A DNA stretch of 64,000 nt from Amoebidium appalachense. Taxonomy: Eukaryota; Protista; Ichthyosporea. Shown here in pieces: positions 10,861 through 24,169 of this stretch. The DNA is taken from positions 6,631,962 to 6,695,961 of the forward strand of contig CAVNZM010000007.1 in the NCBI GenBank assembly GCA_963693365.1. The letters run 5' to 3'. Below the pieces are notes generated by a model. The model worked only from the letters and a program-made list of their open reading frames with translations. It was not told the origin of the DNA and made no database searches. The position numbers and the translations under genes are program-made. Each line of letters opens with the position of its first letter. Position 1 is the first letter of the stretch.

Positions 10861-13800
10861 ATCCGAGTCTGCAGTGTGCTTGCCATTAATTTACGGTGTC
10901 ATTATTAATAAAACAGCTGCAGCATGTGAAAGTGACCTGCAATCACTTCTACACATTATTATTATGGTATTTTGACTACGTAATGATATCATAGGTATTA
11001 AAAAGGCGAATGTCGCATGCATGGATGTATACGTAGTGTGTGCTTGACGTGTATGTGGTTGCGTGTGTGCATGTTCATGTGTGTGTGCCGTGTGTGTGCA
11101 TTGAATGTGACAGCATACTCTACATACACCGTGACATTACAGTTAAACTGTAAGTAACATTACAATCATAAACTACCACTCTGACATGCTGAACATTACT
11201 GGAAGTTAAATGTTACAATTAACACCTAACAAACTGATTCTTAAGTTACTGTATTGACTAAGTCTTGGCATCATGATGCCAAATCCCATACTAATCGAAC
11301 CTACTAGACATGCCCTACGTTTGCCACCTGACCCCAAAGCAGCTGGCAGCCACAATAACAATTAGAAACTACGTGGAGGGATTGGCTCACTTCCACCTAT
11401 TATCCGTGACACTAAAACTGAGCAGGCGGATGCCAAAAGCGGTGACCAGAGCATACAACATGGCCTTGCACCTACAGCATTGCATGTAAGTATGACACAG
11501 ATGGGGAGGGATTGCTAAAGTCAGTTGACAGACGCTACATTGTGCACTGGCTATCGTGCTCGGGTATGTGTGATAATAACTGGGGTGGAACACTTGCGGA
11601 TGGTGCGGGTGCTGGCTAGGGGGAATCACCCCAGACTGTTGGGTGCTTTGGAATTCATCCGCCGAATCGGTTGACGAACTGGTGGGATCATGCTCCTGAG
11701 GGGCAACACCTGTGTTGGTGCTTGCACGTGAAAGGCCGCTGGGCTTGGCCTTCTTTGACGGGGCAGTCTGTGAATTACTCTGTGACTTCAGCCCACGTTT
11801 CGTGTTTCGTGCTCTCTCGCTTGCTTTCTCCGTAACTGTCCTAGCAGCGGCTTCCTTAGCCCTCGCGATTTCCTCCCTCACCTCGGCGGCCACCTGACTA
11901 CGCAAACGTCTTTCCTTCTCAATGTGTTCTATTTTTGACTTGATTTGTTTCAATGTTTTGGAAAGGATGGCATCCAGCCCCACACCCTCCTCGTTGCCCT
12001 CCAATGCTGCATGGTAATGTGCAAATATGTCCTCCTCTGTTGCCGGCAACTTTTGTTCCGCAAGCGAAATAACAATACTTTCAATCAACGCGGTCTCCGC
12101 ATCCGACCATCTACCCGAACGTACCTCCTCGCCCACAGACACATAATACTCCAAACCATTCTGATCTGTGGTTCGTGTTTGCGTGAATCGTGCGCGCCGC
12201 CTTTGCGTTGGAACCGTGGCAGTGGCCTTGCCCCTGGTGGCTGTTGTGTTGGCCGTATGGGTGGTGTTGGACCCATCACCACTTCTCAGGGAAAGGTTCC
12301 CCCCTTCGCCGGATAAATGCAGCTGCATGGTAGACGGGCGACCTGGACGGTTTGGCTCTGGCCGCTGTCCATGACTGCATGTGTATGTGCGTTTGTGTGT
12401 GCGTGTGAATGCGCGCGCACGTGTACACATGTGTGTTTGTGTGTGCGTGCGCACACGTGCTCTGTGGGTGCGTGCGTGCGTGGATTCGTGCACCTGTGCA
12501 TCTATCCACACACGTGTATGCATGGACCATGATGCGCGGATGCATTGTGTGTGTGTGTGTGTGTGTGTGTTGGGGGGGGGGGGGGGGGGGGGGGGGGAGG
12601 GGCTGTGTGTGTGCGTGCACACGTGCATGCGTGTGTGTGTTTAAGTTTGTGTATGGTGTGCGGGTGTGCAGGTGGTGAGCAGTGGGGAAGGTGGGGGGGG
12701 AGGAGGAGGGGTTAGACATCATGAAACGACGGATACAGGAGGGGGAGGGCATTGGGAGAGGGGGCTTTTCTTTCCCCTCCGGGGGGGGGGGGGGGGGGGG
12801 GGGGAGGGAGAGGGGGGGGAAATTTAAAGGGGGGGGGGGGGGGGGGGAATAAAGAGAGGGACAAGCAGAAATACCTGGATTTGGCCAAGTTAAGGTTTCG
12901 ATTATAAAGTACCAAGTGTGGGCAAATAGAGGATGCAAAAGAAGAAAAGTAGCAAATGCATATCATACGGCTCACCTGTTGCCACAATTCTCACACCTGC
13001 ATGCCTGGGTGCATGCCCGCTTGTTCTTTGCGCATATGCAACGCTCATGCCCATCGTATGCCTGCACTTTTCCCCCGCCGTTCTTAAAACCACAAAAAAA
13101 ACGTGTTCTATCCTTACTGTTTCTATTACAGCTGCAGCCCTTGGCGGGCAACCCACCGAACGTGTCAGTTGTGTTAGCGTTAGACGCCAACTCCGTCGAG
13201 TTTTCCGTGTCAACTGAGTGTGATGTCTGTGTTTGGTTGTTGTCCGAGATTTTGTTCGCATGCGACAAGCGAGGTATTACCACTGAGTAATGATCTGCTG
13301 CACCGTTAAGTGATACGGGTATGGCAATGTTGGGTTCGATGACGGTGGGTGGAGTGACCGCAACTACACCGTGATTGGCAATCGTGCTAAAAATGGTTAT
13401 TGGTATGCGGAGTGCGTTGGCTAAGCCCAGCACCATCGCGTCACCGGCTGCAGAAGCAAAATGGGCGCGCCGAGGACAGCGGAAATCATCAGCTACGTAT
13501 GCGAGGGTCACCCTTGAAAGGAATCCTTGGTATTCTGCTAGATTTCGCCGCCATTCGTTTACCATTAGTTCGCGTAGCCGTCCAATCGCCTCTATAGGCT
13601 CCATATTAGCTGTAAACCCCAATGTGTTGAGGTGTTCACGGGTAGCTACATGACCGCTTTGTAGATACTGATTGATATAATGCCACACCGAATGAAACAA
13701 ACAGTTGCCGTCAGCGGGTGTTTCCATAAGCTCCATTCTCCAGGCACCCAGAATTTGAAGAAGGCGTTGTTGCTGGACCTCAGGTGGCCCGGATATGTCC

Positions 13801-14661
13801 CTGTGTTGCACATCACAAGGAAGAATAAGCAAAGACAAGAAGTGGGAGGGTGACGTAGGGCAGTGGTGGTGGGGTGGGTGACAGTGGGGTGGGATTGGGG
13901 GGGGGGGGGGGGGGGGGGGGAGGGAAGAGAGAGAAAGACATATTATGGGAAAGGCGGAAAGGCCGAGGAGCAGAACAAGGGAAACCTTGGCGTGTGTGTG
14001 TGTGTGCGTGTGTGGGTGGGTTGGGGTTGGGGGGGGGGGGGTTGGGGGTTGGGGGGGGGGGGGGGGGGGGGCATTAGATTATTAAGAATTCTATAAGTGA
14101 ATAAGAGTGTGTGCGCTCGTGGCTGCGAGGGAGGGTGCATGCGTGCATGCATGGGTGCGTTCGTGTGTGCAGGTGTGTGAAAGGGGAGGGGTGTGTGTGT
14201 GGGGGGGGGAGGGGGTTAGGCACTCTGAAGGGGGCCGGGCAGGTGTAAGGGAGTACTGATGAAGGAGGGGCTATGAACGGGGGGGGGGGGGGGGGGGGGG
14301 GGGGGTAGATGCAGATGCTTTCAAATAGGTGGAAGAGAAGCAGGGAGCTTCCAAAAAGGTAGGATGGAAGATATAGGTATACTATTAGAGAATAATGAGA
14401 ATTAGGGGAGGTAAGAGGTAATGGAGGACTTGAAAAGGAGGGACGAATGGGCAGAGGCCCTCCTGAGGGGGAGGGGGGGGGGGGAGGGGGAACAGGACAG
14501 GCATAATAAGTGGGCCTGGGGAGGCAGGTTGTCTGACAAAAAACTGGTGTCACTTGGGTTGGAAGGAGAGATGGATTAATACATGCAAGGAAGTAAGGAG
14601 GTGGAGCAGTTGGGAGGAAGAATTGTGGGAAGGAGGAGAGGGGGGAGGGGGATGCAGAAAA

Positions 14662-14696
<35 letters not shown>

Positions 14697-15238
14697 GGGG
14701 GGGGGGAAAGGGGGATGGGGGAAAGGGGAGGGAGGCCCTGCAGGGAAAGTGGGGGGAGAGGCGAGAGGGAGGAGCGGGGGGGCGTTGGAGGGGAAGGGGG
14801 GGGGGGGGGGGGGGGGGTTTCGGCAGGAAGCACCTGGCAAGCTGTATGTCTGCTGCCACGGCCTCGTCAAAGAACACTAGAGTGAAGAGCAGATGATCCG
14901 GGTCCTGTGCTGCTAAAGCATACCCTTCGGAGCTGTGCACAGACCCAATCAGCTTGCGCATCGCACGCCGGGCGTTAAGCTTGCGGCCTGCTAGGCGCAC
15001 ACATGTTGACACGTTGAATGAACCGGGGCTCTCGTCACTTGACCCCTCATCGTCATCGTCAGAGCCATCACTGTCGAAAGACCCAACCTCCATACCACAC
15101 TCAGGCAAGGAACGGTTGCCATTATTGCCATAAGCTGCAGAGTGAACACAAAGACAGGGTGAGAGAATAGCTGGTCAATGGTTGCCAGGTCTATAAAGAA
15201 CCCACTCCCAACCGAATCCCCCATCCAACCCCCCCCCC

Positions 15239-15269
<31 letters not shown>

Positions 15270-15673
15270 ACAACATACATACACACACACATACACACAC
15301 ACACACCGCCCACACCCTCCCCCACCCCCCCTCTTGCTCTCGGCCCCCCCCCCCTGCCTAATTCTCCACTTCCCCCTTCTCCCTCTCTGTCCCACCCTCC
15401 CGCCCTTCCTCTTTACCGACTGCCCTCCTCTCTTTGCCCCTCTCTTTCTGTCTTTTCCGCCATCCCTCCCTCTACCCTTTCTCCCCCTCCCTCCTTCCCT
15501 CCAACCCTCCCACCCACCCATCCTTCCCTCCCTTTCTCCCTACCCTGACCTCTCCCCCTTCCCCCCTCCCCTGTCTTTAACATACACACACAGGCACACA
15601 CATACACGCCCCCCCCCCCCCCCCCTCCTCCCCCTTCTCTGTACCCACCCACCCACCCACATTACACACACAA

Positions 15674-15728
<55 letters not shown>

Positions 15729-18700
15729 CAACACACACACACACTCACTACACACACACAGGCACACACACACACAGACAAGCACACACCCACAGGCATA
15801 CACCGTGACACACAGAAACTCTCTACCCACTATCCTGTACTGCCTCTTGACTAATTGTATGCTTAAAGGGGAAGGGAGGGAAGGGGGAAAAGCGGAGGAG
15901 TGGGCTTTAAGTGGGTACACTGCACAGAATGGTCACACAAAACATATGGAACACGTTGCCACACACACCCTATCGGGTGATAGCAACATATAAGAGGCAA
16001 GCCAAAGCAGAAAAGGCAGCATAAAGCGAGGACGCAACACAATTAGAGTCCATTTGTGTGTGTGTGTGGGGGGGGGGGGGGGGGGGGGGGGGGAGGGGTC
16101 GCTCTGCCCTGCATGGGGAGAAGGAGGGGGGGGAGGGGGGGGGGGGGGGGGCTAGGGGAAGCAGCGACTAATCAGAGTGCCGGGTGGTAGTGATGTGGAA
16201 ATTTATAACAAAGGGAACGAGTAAAGGGAAAGGAGGTGATGGGGGGAAGGGTGAAGGAGGAAATGGGAGGCGCACACTAGAGGGGGGGGACCACCCACAC
16301 ATCATAGCCTCTGGGGCCCGATCCAACGCTGCCTGCGCTGCAGCCACCCGCGCGGCTGGCTGACGAGAATCCTGACGGCGAGTGACATTTACCCCACAGC
16401 CAAATACCTCCGGCTCCTCGTGTGGAAGAAAGAGTGGTGCGCGCTGGTAGCCCCGGCCAAAAACAAGAACACCATGAAGGTGATCCGCAGTAGGGGCGAC
16501 GAGATAATCGGGTGCTGCCCTGCCCCGCTGGCGCGTGCGTTCGGCATGGGTGCTAGCAACATTGGGGTCGCGCTTGTGGTTGTATTTATTGAAACGTGGA
16601 ACAAAAATCGAAAGTGCCGTTCGTGCAGTCATACGCGTGATACCCTTGACATGTGTGCGAAGTTGGCGATGTAAAATTTCATTTTGCCCGGTGCCACGCC
16701 CAACAGGGATGCCACTTAGGCAGCCTTTCCGAACATGGACCAGAAGGGAATTAATTTCGGCGCGAGCCTCTGCATTTACAACAGCAACCCCATCCTTATC
16801 ATGCACCCCTCCCCACACCTCTAGAAAGTGGTGTATGTTCGATTCAATAACGGCCGGCTCTGGGGTCGGCAGAGTCCGATGCTTACCATTATCTCCGGGT
16901 GCACGCAAAACTTTACCAAAGGCCCCGGATGCAGGTCCATGATACACGTGCCGCTTGGACATGGCCCTTGTCACTCGCTGAACTGCATGGAACGGGTCTA
17001 ATTTAACAATACACTGTGGTCCGAATATTGTGATTATCTGCTCCCGGTGTTTACAGCAATTATCAATATAAAAGTGTGAAATCTCCGTTTCGAGCCGCAC
17101 ACACCTCTGCTGAAGCAGTCGTAATGCTGTCTCGACGTATTCAAACCCCTCCTTGTTAACAAACTGCCAAGAAACTACTTGACCGTGTTCATTAAGAACA
17201 CAGAACATGGCCGTATATTGCTGAACCCACTCATCGCCGGAAAGGTAACCTATGTTCATGCTCACTTTGAAGGTATGGTCTGCCGATAGTTGGGTGCAGG
17301 GTATATTTGCCATCGCCGCCGTCATGGGCTCTTTCAGATGGCCCTCAAAAACCGCCAAATACAAATCGGCAATATACGTATCGGATGGTCGGTGGTAATG
17401 GAACATGTCGCTGCGCTCTGGCATTAGGGAAGTACTGGTGCGTTCGTGTGTTATATGGTCCAGCATTGAAGCTTGACCGGCGGGGGCAAACCTTCCCAAA
17501 AACGAGCATTGTTGTGTAAGAACCGCGAGTCGCATTTGATTGTATTCCGTTTCATATCGGCTATCAAAGTATTCCTCTACACCCAAAAAGCCACGGCCGT
17601 TCCAAACCAAATGACATATTTGGTTCACTACTGCCCGGCTAGCACCCGCGCGGCTGGTGAGGTAGAAAGGAAAGAGTCCATTCAAATGGGTATCCAGGTG
17701 GCTAAGAAAATTGGGATCGTGCCCACGGAAGCATCTGCTGCATTTGTTGCAACAATACACACGACTGACTATAAGAGTTTGACCTTTCATGTCATACACT
17801 GACCTAGGAGGGTTTTTCGCGTTGTCAGTCCACCCGTTCTTCTTTAGCCTGGTACCGGCACACCCGTCCGTGGGGCACAACAGCTCTCGCCGCCCATGGT
17901 GAAAAATGTGATTGCGGATCCCAAATGAAAACTGCAGGAACAATCATCTGCAATGACGAGGGTTTGTAAGAAACTTTGCGCCGCCAAAGCTTCTGCTGTG
18001 TAACATGCCATGCCAAACAGATCATGGGAGAGGCACAAAGGTCCATAAGATTAAGTGCAAGGGAAGGCCTGAGCGGTGAAGGCATTGGTATCCACAAGAT
18101 GCAAAAGGACACACCTAACGTATTACATAAAAAACAACTTCTAAAACGGAGGAACCACCTGTAAGGCCCAGAACAGAGAGACAGGGGAGGGGAGAGAAAA
18201 AGTGGAAAAGAGGCAGGGGGTGGTGGGGAGAGAGGGGGGGGAGGGGGGGGGGGGGGGGAAGGGGGGAGATCACCTGATGGACTCCCTCCGCTGTAGATGC
18301 ATCTATCCGGCCGCCATGACGGGTTTGATGCCACACCCAATCCCTGAGGAAGGGCTGGGGAGGGCACGTGCCAGCTTCGACAGAGTCCTCATGATCCGCT
18401 ATGCAATAATCAATGTACCGTGCAACGAATGGCTGTTCCAGCTTGGCATGATCTTTAGACCAAGATTTGTTTTCCTTAATGACTTTTTTGTTCACCCCAT
18501 CTGGGTTGTTTGTTGAACCCGCTGCAGCCAAAAGACAAAAGGCGAGGATAACATGAACGAGAATCCTCAGCAAAGCCCAATGGCCTTGCCCACGTCCAAT
18601 GCGGACGCGAGCATGTTTGTAACCCATGCTCACACAAAATATGTACTGTCAGTTATGATCGAGCATTAAAGGGTGTTGTCTGTTTTTATTATTTTTATAT

Positions 18701-19183
18701 GAGCCTACTGCAATATGATAAGGATGCTAGCGCTGTGTCACACCTGTCAACTGCCAGTCCAGGCTGTGACTGCCCGTTCAAGTACGCCACCACCTGCACG
18801 TGGTTGACGTGGTCTTGCTTAGCCCGCCTTTCGAGTTTATTCCTCGAATCAGACGCCACCAACGATGAGCCACAAAAACGGGTCAGAAAACGGGTCAGGA
18901 ACGATTCGAGCTGATTCGACCCATAATAGTTCGAACCGACCCATTTATGCCCCAAATAAATTTGGCACCAAATAATTTGGCACGAACCTGGTGACGTAAA
19001 ATGTGGCACGAATTTATTTGGCACCAGCCCGCTAGCGGAGCACATCCAGGGGTATCCCCAAGCTCCTGTCGGTGCCTGGGCGACATCCTGCCCCATTTTC
19101 ACCGTTTTGCAGGCTCGTGCCAAATAAATTTCGTGCCAAATATTACGTCACACCCTAGGAGCTTGGGAATTGAGGGTAGCACC
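10680..19183 (-). mobile_element. ~8.5-kb autonomous-type DNA transposon (Dada/KDZ/Zisupton-related DDE group)
   Basis: Direct repeat ACGACGACGAC at 10669-10679 and 19184-19194 flanks short imperfect inverted termini (GGTTGCACCCTC / GAGGGTAGCACC, 9/12). Subterminal repeats occur at both ends, and the element encloses the spliced transposase gene. Confidence 0.65.
11387..18627 (-). CDS. Multidomain transposase, ~1370 aa: DDE catalytic core + OTU protease + CXC + Myb-like + C4 Zn ribbon. Exons 18627-18274, 17947-16299, 15134-14834, 13800-12976, 12374-11387. One +1 frameshift in an A5 run at ~17902-17906.
   Basis: Core motifs: IWDP..LLCP, YCCNKC, FPFYLT, SADHTFKV (D1), LNEHGQV, YIDNCC (D2), KLDPFH (DxxH), KGCLSGIPVGRGTGQNEILHR (E). 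OTU: ADGNCLF...DHY. CXC: CSC...CICAKNKRACTQACRCENC. Myb-like: GRWSDAETALI. Zn ribbon: CSVC...CCRC. All four introns are GT-AG with matching phases once the single extra base is removed. Exon 1 is the least certain. Confidence 0.8.
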
Positions 19184-19236
19184 ACGACGACGACCCACCG
19201 GCATCTCATGTGACAGCTGTCACAAGAGGTAAAAAA

Positions 19237-19309
19237 AGGCTCGACCGAGAATCGAACTCGGGACCTTCTGCTTACTAGGCAGACGCTCTGCCATCTGAGC
19301 CATCGAGCC
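19237..19309 (-). tRNA. tRNA-Thr(AGT) copy 7 (solo, unrelated upstream flank)
   Basis: Identical 73-nt cloverleaf with a T-run terminator. Confidence 0.95.
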
Positions 19310-19564
19310 CTATGACAGGGCTTTCACGGAGTTCCTGTGGGATGATGAACTCAGTGTCAATGTCGTGTAAATATGTTTCAAACCCTACTGTAGTAATACA
19401 TGTCGTCCGTGAACATATTTCGTGAGTGTAATCTGAATGAAGGGATCATCCACATACACAGCCCAGAAACGCGGCCCGTGCCCGTACGAAGGGCTCATGG
19501 GCAGGGTTCACACGCACGCACACACGCACACACGCACACACGTGTTCACACACACACACACACG

Positions 19565-19611
<47 letters not shown>

Positions 19612-19665
19612 GCGCGCGCGCGCGCACAAACACGCACCGCCACACACATGCACAAACAAACACGC

Positions 19666-19754
<89 letters not shown>

Positions 19755-19807
19755 CGTCACACACTTACTGAACAAACACAGCTGTGCACACACACACGAC
19801 AGACACA

Positions 19808-19839
<32 letters not shown>

Positions 19840-19937
19840 GCACACACACACACACACACTGTCACACATACAAACACATACACACACAATACACACTATG
19901 ACACGCACACACACGCGCACACACGCACACACACGCA

Positions 19938-19986
<49 letters not shown>

Positions 19987-20122
19987 ACACACGTGCACAC
20001 ACACGCAAAAAGGGATTCCTTGGGGGACAAAACGGGACAATTTGAAGCCTTAGTATACCCTGCTTTCTAATGATCAAATTTGGTCTCGAACTCAGCATTT
20101 CTGATGCTTTGTGCAAAGCAAA

Positions 20123-20195
20123 AGGCTCAACCGAGAATCGAACTCGGGACCTTCTGCTTACTAGGCAGACGCTCTGCCATCTGAGCCATCGAGCC
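20123..20195 (-). tRNA. tRNA-Thr(AGT) copy 8 (C67T variant, G6:U67 wobble)
   Basis: One substitution at 20129 relative to the other copies; the acceptor stem still pairs. Confidence 0.92.
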
Positions 20196-20343
20196 ACTGC
20201 TGCCTGTGAAGTACGGACCATGCACATGACACGTAGCGGGTCCCTTCAGTGACCCTTGATCACTTCACATCGTCTCTTGACACCCACCTCATACCCCATC
20301 CCATAGGGATATGGGATGTGTGCCATAGTAAGCTGTCAGCAGT

Positions 20344-20416
20344 GGCTCGATGGCTCAGATGGCAGAGCGTCTGCCTAGTAAGCAGAAGGTCCCGAGTTCG
20401 ATTCTCGGTCGAGCCT
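20344..20416 (+). tRNA. tRNA-Thr(AGT) copy 9
   Basis: Identical 73-nt cloverleaf. Confidence 0.95.
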
Positions 20417-21776
20417 ATTTACCTTTTACATACCACTTGCAACGTTCATTTACTAAGGCTTTTGCCACGTGCCAAACCCGGTGTACAGTACCAAAGCACA
20501 TTTATTGTACCTTTTGAAGGGCTCAATATATCTCCATCATTAGTCGTGTGTCGTATATCTCCATCATTACTAGTCGCGTGTCGTGCTTACGAATGTGCGT
20601 GCGTACGTGCGCGCAAGCGTGTGAAGGTGTGTGTGTGTGTGTGTGTGTGTGTGCCATTGTGCGCGCGTGTGTGTGTGTATATGTGTGTGCGTGTGCTTGT
20701 GCTTGTGTGTGTATGTGTTCGTGCGTGCGCGAAAGGACGTGTGTGCATCACGGCACGTGCATTGGTAACCGGGTTTGAGTGGGTGTGTGTGGATGTCTGT
20801 AGGTGTGAGCGTGCCCGTGTTATGAGCGTCGGATCGTAGGTGCGTGTGGGCGCGTGGGTGTGGGTATGGGTACATGTGTGTGTGTGCACGTGGGTGAGTG
20901 GGCGGGGAGAAGAGGGGTGGGGGTGGGGGGGTCTAAGTTGATTCATGAGGGGAAATACATTCGAAGCCATTGCATTTTGCACTAGACGAGGGGGTGGGGG
21001 GAAGGGGGGGTCTAATTTGATTCATCAAGGGGAAATGAACGCACAGCATCGTCCGCGCGCGTCCATGGTGAGTTACCCCTCAGGCTGGTACGTTGCCTTG
21101 ATAGTTAACTCTGATCATGACCTAGGAAGTTTTGCCACCGTTTCATCTCTATCGATATCCTATATCCTATATATGCACAGCCCCGTTATGCGCATGCAAA
21201 TGCATAGAGAATCAAACGGGCATGCCCAGCCACATGCGCCGATTTTGTTGCCCGCCAGGTTATAATAATAGATCTTCTGGGGGGCTTTTACTGAAGATAG
21301 AAACACTTGATAAGGGGGGTGCAGCGTTTGAAGCAAACCGGTGGAGTCTTTGTGTGCGATTGTGTGCCGCGGTTTGCGTGTGTGTGTGTGCTTGTGTGTG
21401 TGGGTGGGTGGGTATGTGGGTGTGTGGGTGGGTGTGCGTGCGAGGGGGGGGAGGGGGGGGAGGGGGAGGGGGAGGGGGGGAGGGAGGGCCCCCGGTGGGG
21501 GGGGGGGGGGGGGGGGGGAGGGGGGGGGGATGGCTCTAAGGCCCGACACCTTAATGACGGGGGAATTCTGTGTGTGCGTGTAGAGGGGGGTAGGGGGGGA
21601 GGGGGGAGGGGGGGAGGGGGGGAGGAAGGGAAGGGAGGGGGAGAGGGGGAGTGAGGGAGATACACTTTTACATAAACATTTTTCATGTGCATGCCTTCGA
21701 TTTTCGGGGTGGACTGTTTACTAAAATGAAGTTTTCCCAATAGCGAAGAAGGCAGAAAGAAGGAGAGAGTTAGTGT

Positions 21777-21807
<31 letters not shown>

Positions 21808-22082
21808 GGGGGGGGGGGAGGGGGGGAGAGGGGGGGAAGGAGGCAGAGTTAGAATGTGTTTCAGCACGCGTGCACAAAGTACACTGTCATGACGGATTAT
21901 GTACACAATGCTCAATGCAGATTGAAGAGCACAGACAAAGGATATGCATAATAAGCGGAGCTTATAACCTCGTAACTTTGGGAGGGGTGGGGGGGAGAGG
22001 ACGAGGTCGAGTAGATGAGAAAGTCATTTTCATTCTTTGAAATCAAACGGGTGCTTTGGCCATTTTGTGGTGATCGTGATGA

Positions 22083-22203
<121 letters not shown>

Positions 22204-22215
22204 CGCGCACGCGCG

Positions 22216-22253
<38 letters not shown>

Positions 22254-22632
22254 GTAGATGGAGAATGATTACACATAAAAGTTGTTGTTTAGGAATCAAA
22301 CGGGCAGACAATTGTCGTCTATCGTGATTGGCTACCAAAACTTTGTGACTATATTAGTGATGAGTTTAATTCCTAACATGTGCAACAGAATTGAGAAATA
22401 GTGTGAGAAGAGATTGTGAAATTTGGTTGAAGGACCTATAATAGAATGCGTACTGTCAAAACAACGTGAGTCCCATGCTCTGAATGATGACGTCGGCGCG
22501 GTATCGCAAATCATTGAAACTCCACACAAATTCCTGGTGAGCGGATTCACACTGTCACTGTATGCTCAACCAACATAATTATACATCTCCACAGACGTGT
22601 ACCTCGGGTACAGTAACCTCCCTCCCCCCCCC

Positions 22633-22742
<110 letters not shown>

Positions 22743-23960
22743 AATACATAGCACTACAAAGCACGCATGCAACTGAGAATAGCTTATACAGACACACACA
22801 GTGCTTCCAGCCTCACACGGCACACTTTTTACTTGCCATAGGATTTGCACCATAGAAAATACACCATGCATACAATAACACGTGCATGCCGGTTAACCCA
22901 TCATGTCGATTCGCCCCCTCCAACCCCCCCTCACCCTCTGCCCGTCCCCCATCAACCCTTCTTCCTCTCCTCCACACATACACTGTGCGGAAGGGGAAAA
23001 TAGTGCAGGCAGGCAGGCACACTTTACACAAACTTTTGTGCTGAAAACACACAGCTCCGACCACCGTAACAAATTCACACTTGGCACACAACAAGCACGG
23101 CGAGTCAACACGGGAAATGCACACACTCACAACGACCTCAGCCGTAACAAGGAAGTGCACACACACAGGCACACACCACACACACGCACAAGCACATGCA
23201 CACGCACACAGTCACGCACACATTCAAACACACAAGCATCCGCAGGCACGCAGGTTTACCGGGCAAGCTCTTAACACACATGGATGCATAAATATAAGCA
23301 ACAACTATAAACACAAACAATGCACAGTGGCTGTGCCGGACCTGCATTCTTACACACTTGCACGTGTGCCTACCCACATCAGACCATGAACATTCCGTGT
23401 TGTACATTAAGGGCGACGGCATGAGGCTTGTCATATGCTCCCAGCTCAAAGCTCCCTGTATTTTTCACTCTCCAGCTCCAATTTGGGAGTTATTGGGCAG
23501 GGTTGAAAGCCGGTTTTCAAAACCCACACTAGCAATAAACTTCAACGTTCGCTGAGCGAGAATGCGTGCGCAAGGGCCACTCTGTTCGCGTGCTTCACGG
23601 CGTGTATTTTTGTTTTTGTGTGCCTGTAAGGTGGATATATCTGCATATATTCAAGCGTCTGTGGTGTGAATACGGAACGGCTGCCAAACCTGTGTAGCTT
23701 GTGCAGGGTGCACATGTTAGGACGAGAACATGCACCCACACGCGATTTTCTGCGTGAGCATGTGTGCCTACCAGCGTGATGTGTGCTCTAAAGGGTGTGC
23801 TAATTAAGGCAGATAGGGCACTGTTCTTACTGTGTGACTGTCGGTGTATACTTGTGCACATGTTTTTATTGTTTACTTCAGTGAGCTACGGGCAAGTTTT
23901 CCCCTTAAAAAGCACCGTACAATACCATACCGAACTATAATAATCCAGCTGCAGTGTGCA

Positions 23961-24169
23961 GCTACCACTTACTGAGGTGGTGCCTCATTTTCCTTCCTAC
24001 CTCTGCAGAAATGTCTCTCGTACGCGAAGTGACTGCTGCGAACTCGAAGAATAAGGCTGCGAAGAAAAAAGACTGCGGGCTGCGAAGAACGAAGAAGGAA
24101 GGAAAAATCGGCCGCCGTCGGCGAGCCGATTAAACTCAGAGATGGCGCGTGACACCGTCAGTACGTGTC
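23961..24169. repeat. Dispersed ~210-bp repeat with hairpins, copy A
   Basis: Aligns with 40621-40844 in the same orientation, with sharp shared boundaries (gctaccac ... cagtacgtgtc). Confidence 0.85.

Noticed and set aside
18510-18585. Signal peptide or TM segment in transposase exon 1, suggesting a separate secreted protein
   Set aside because: The exon splices in phase to the transposase core and lies inside the element. The true start may be elsewhere, so no separate gene is called.
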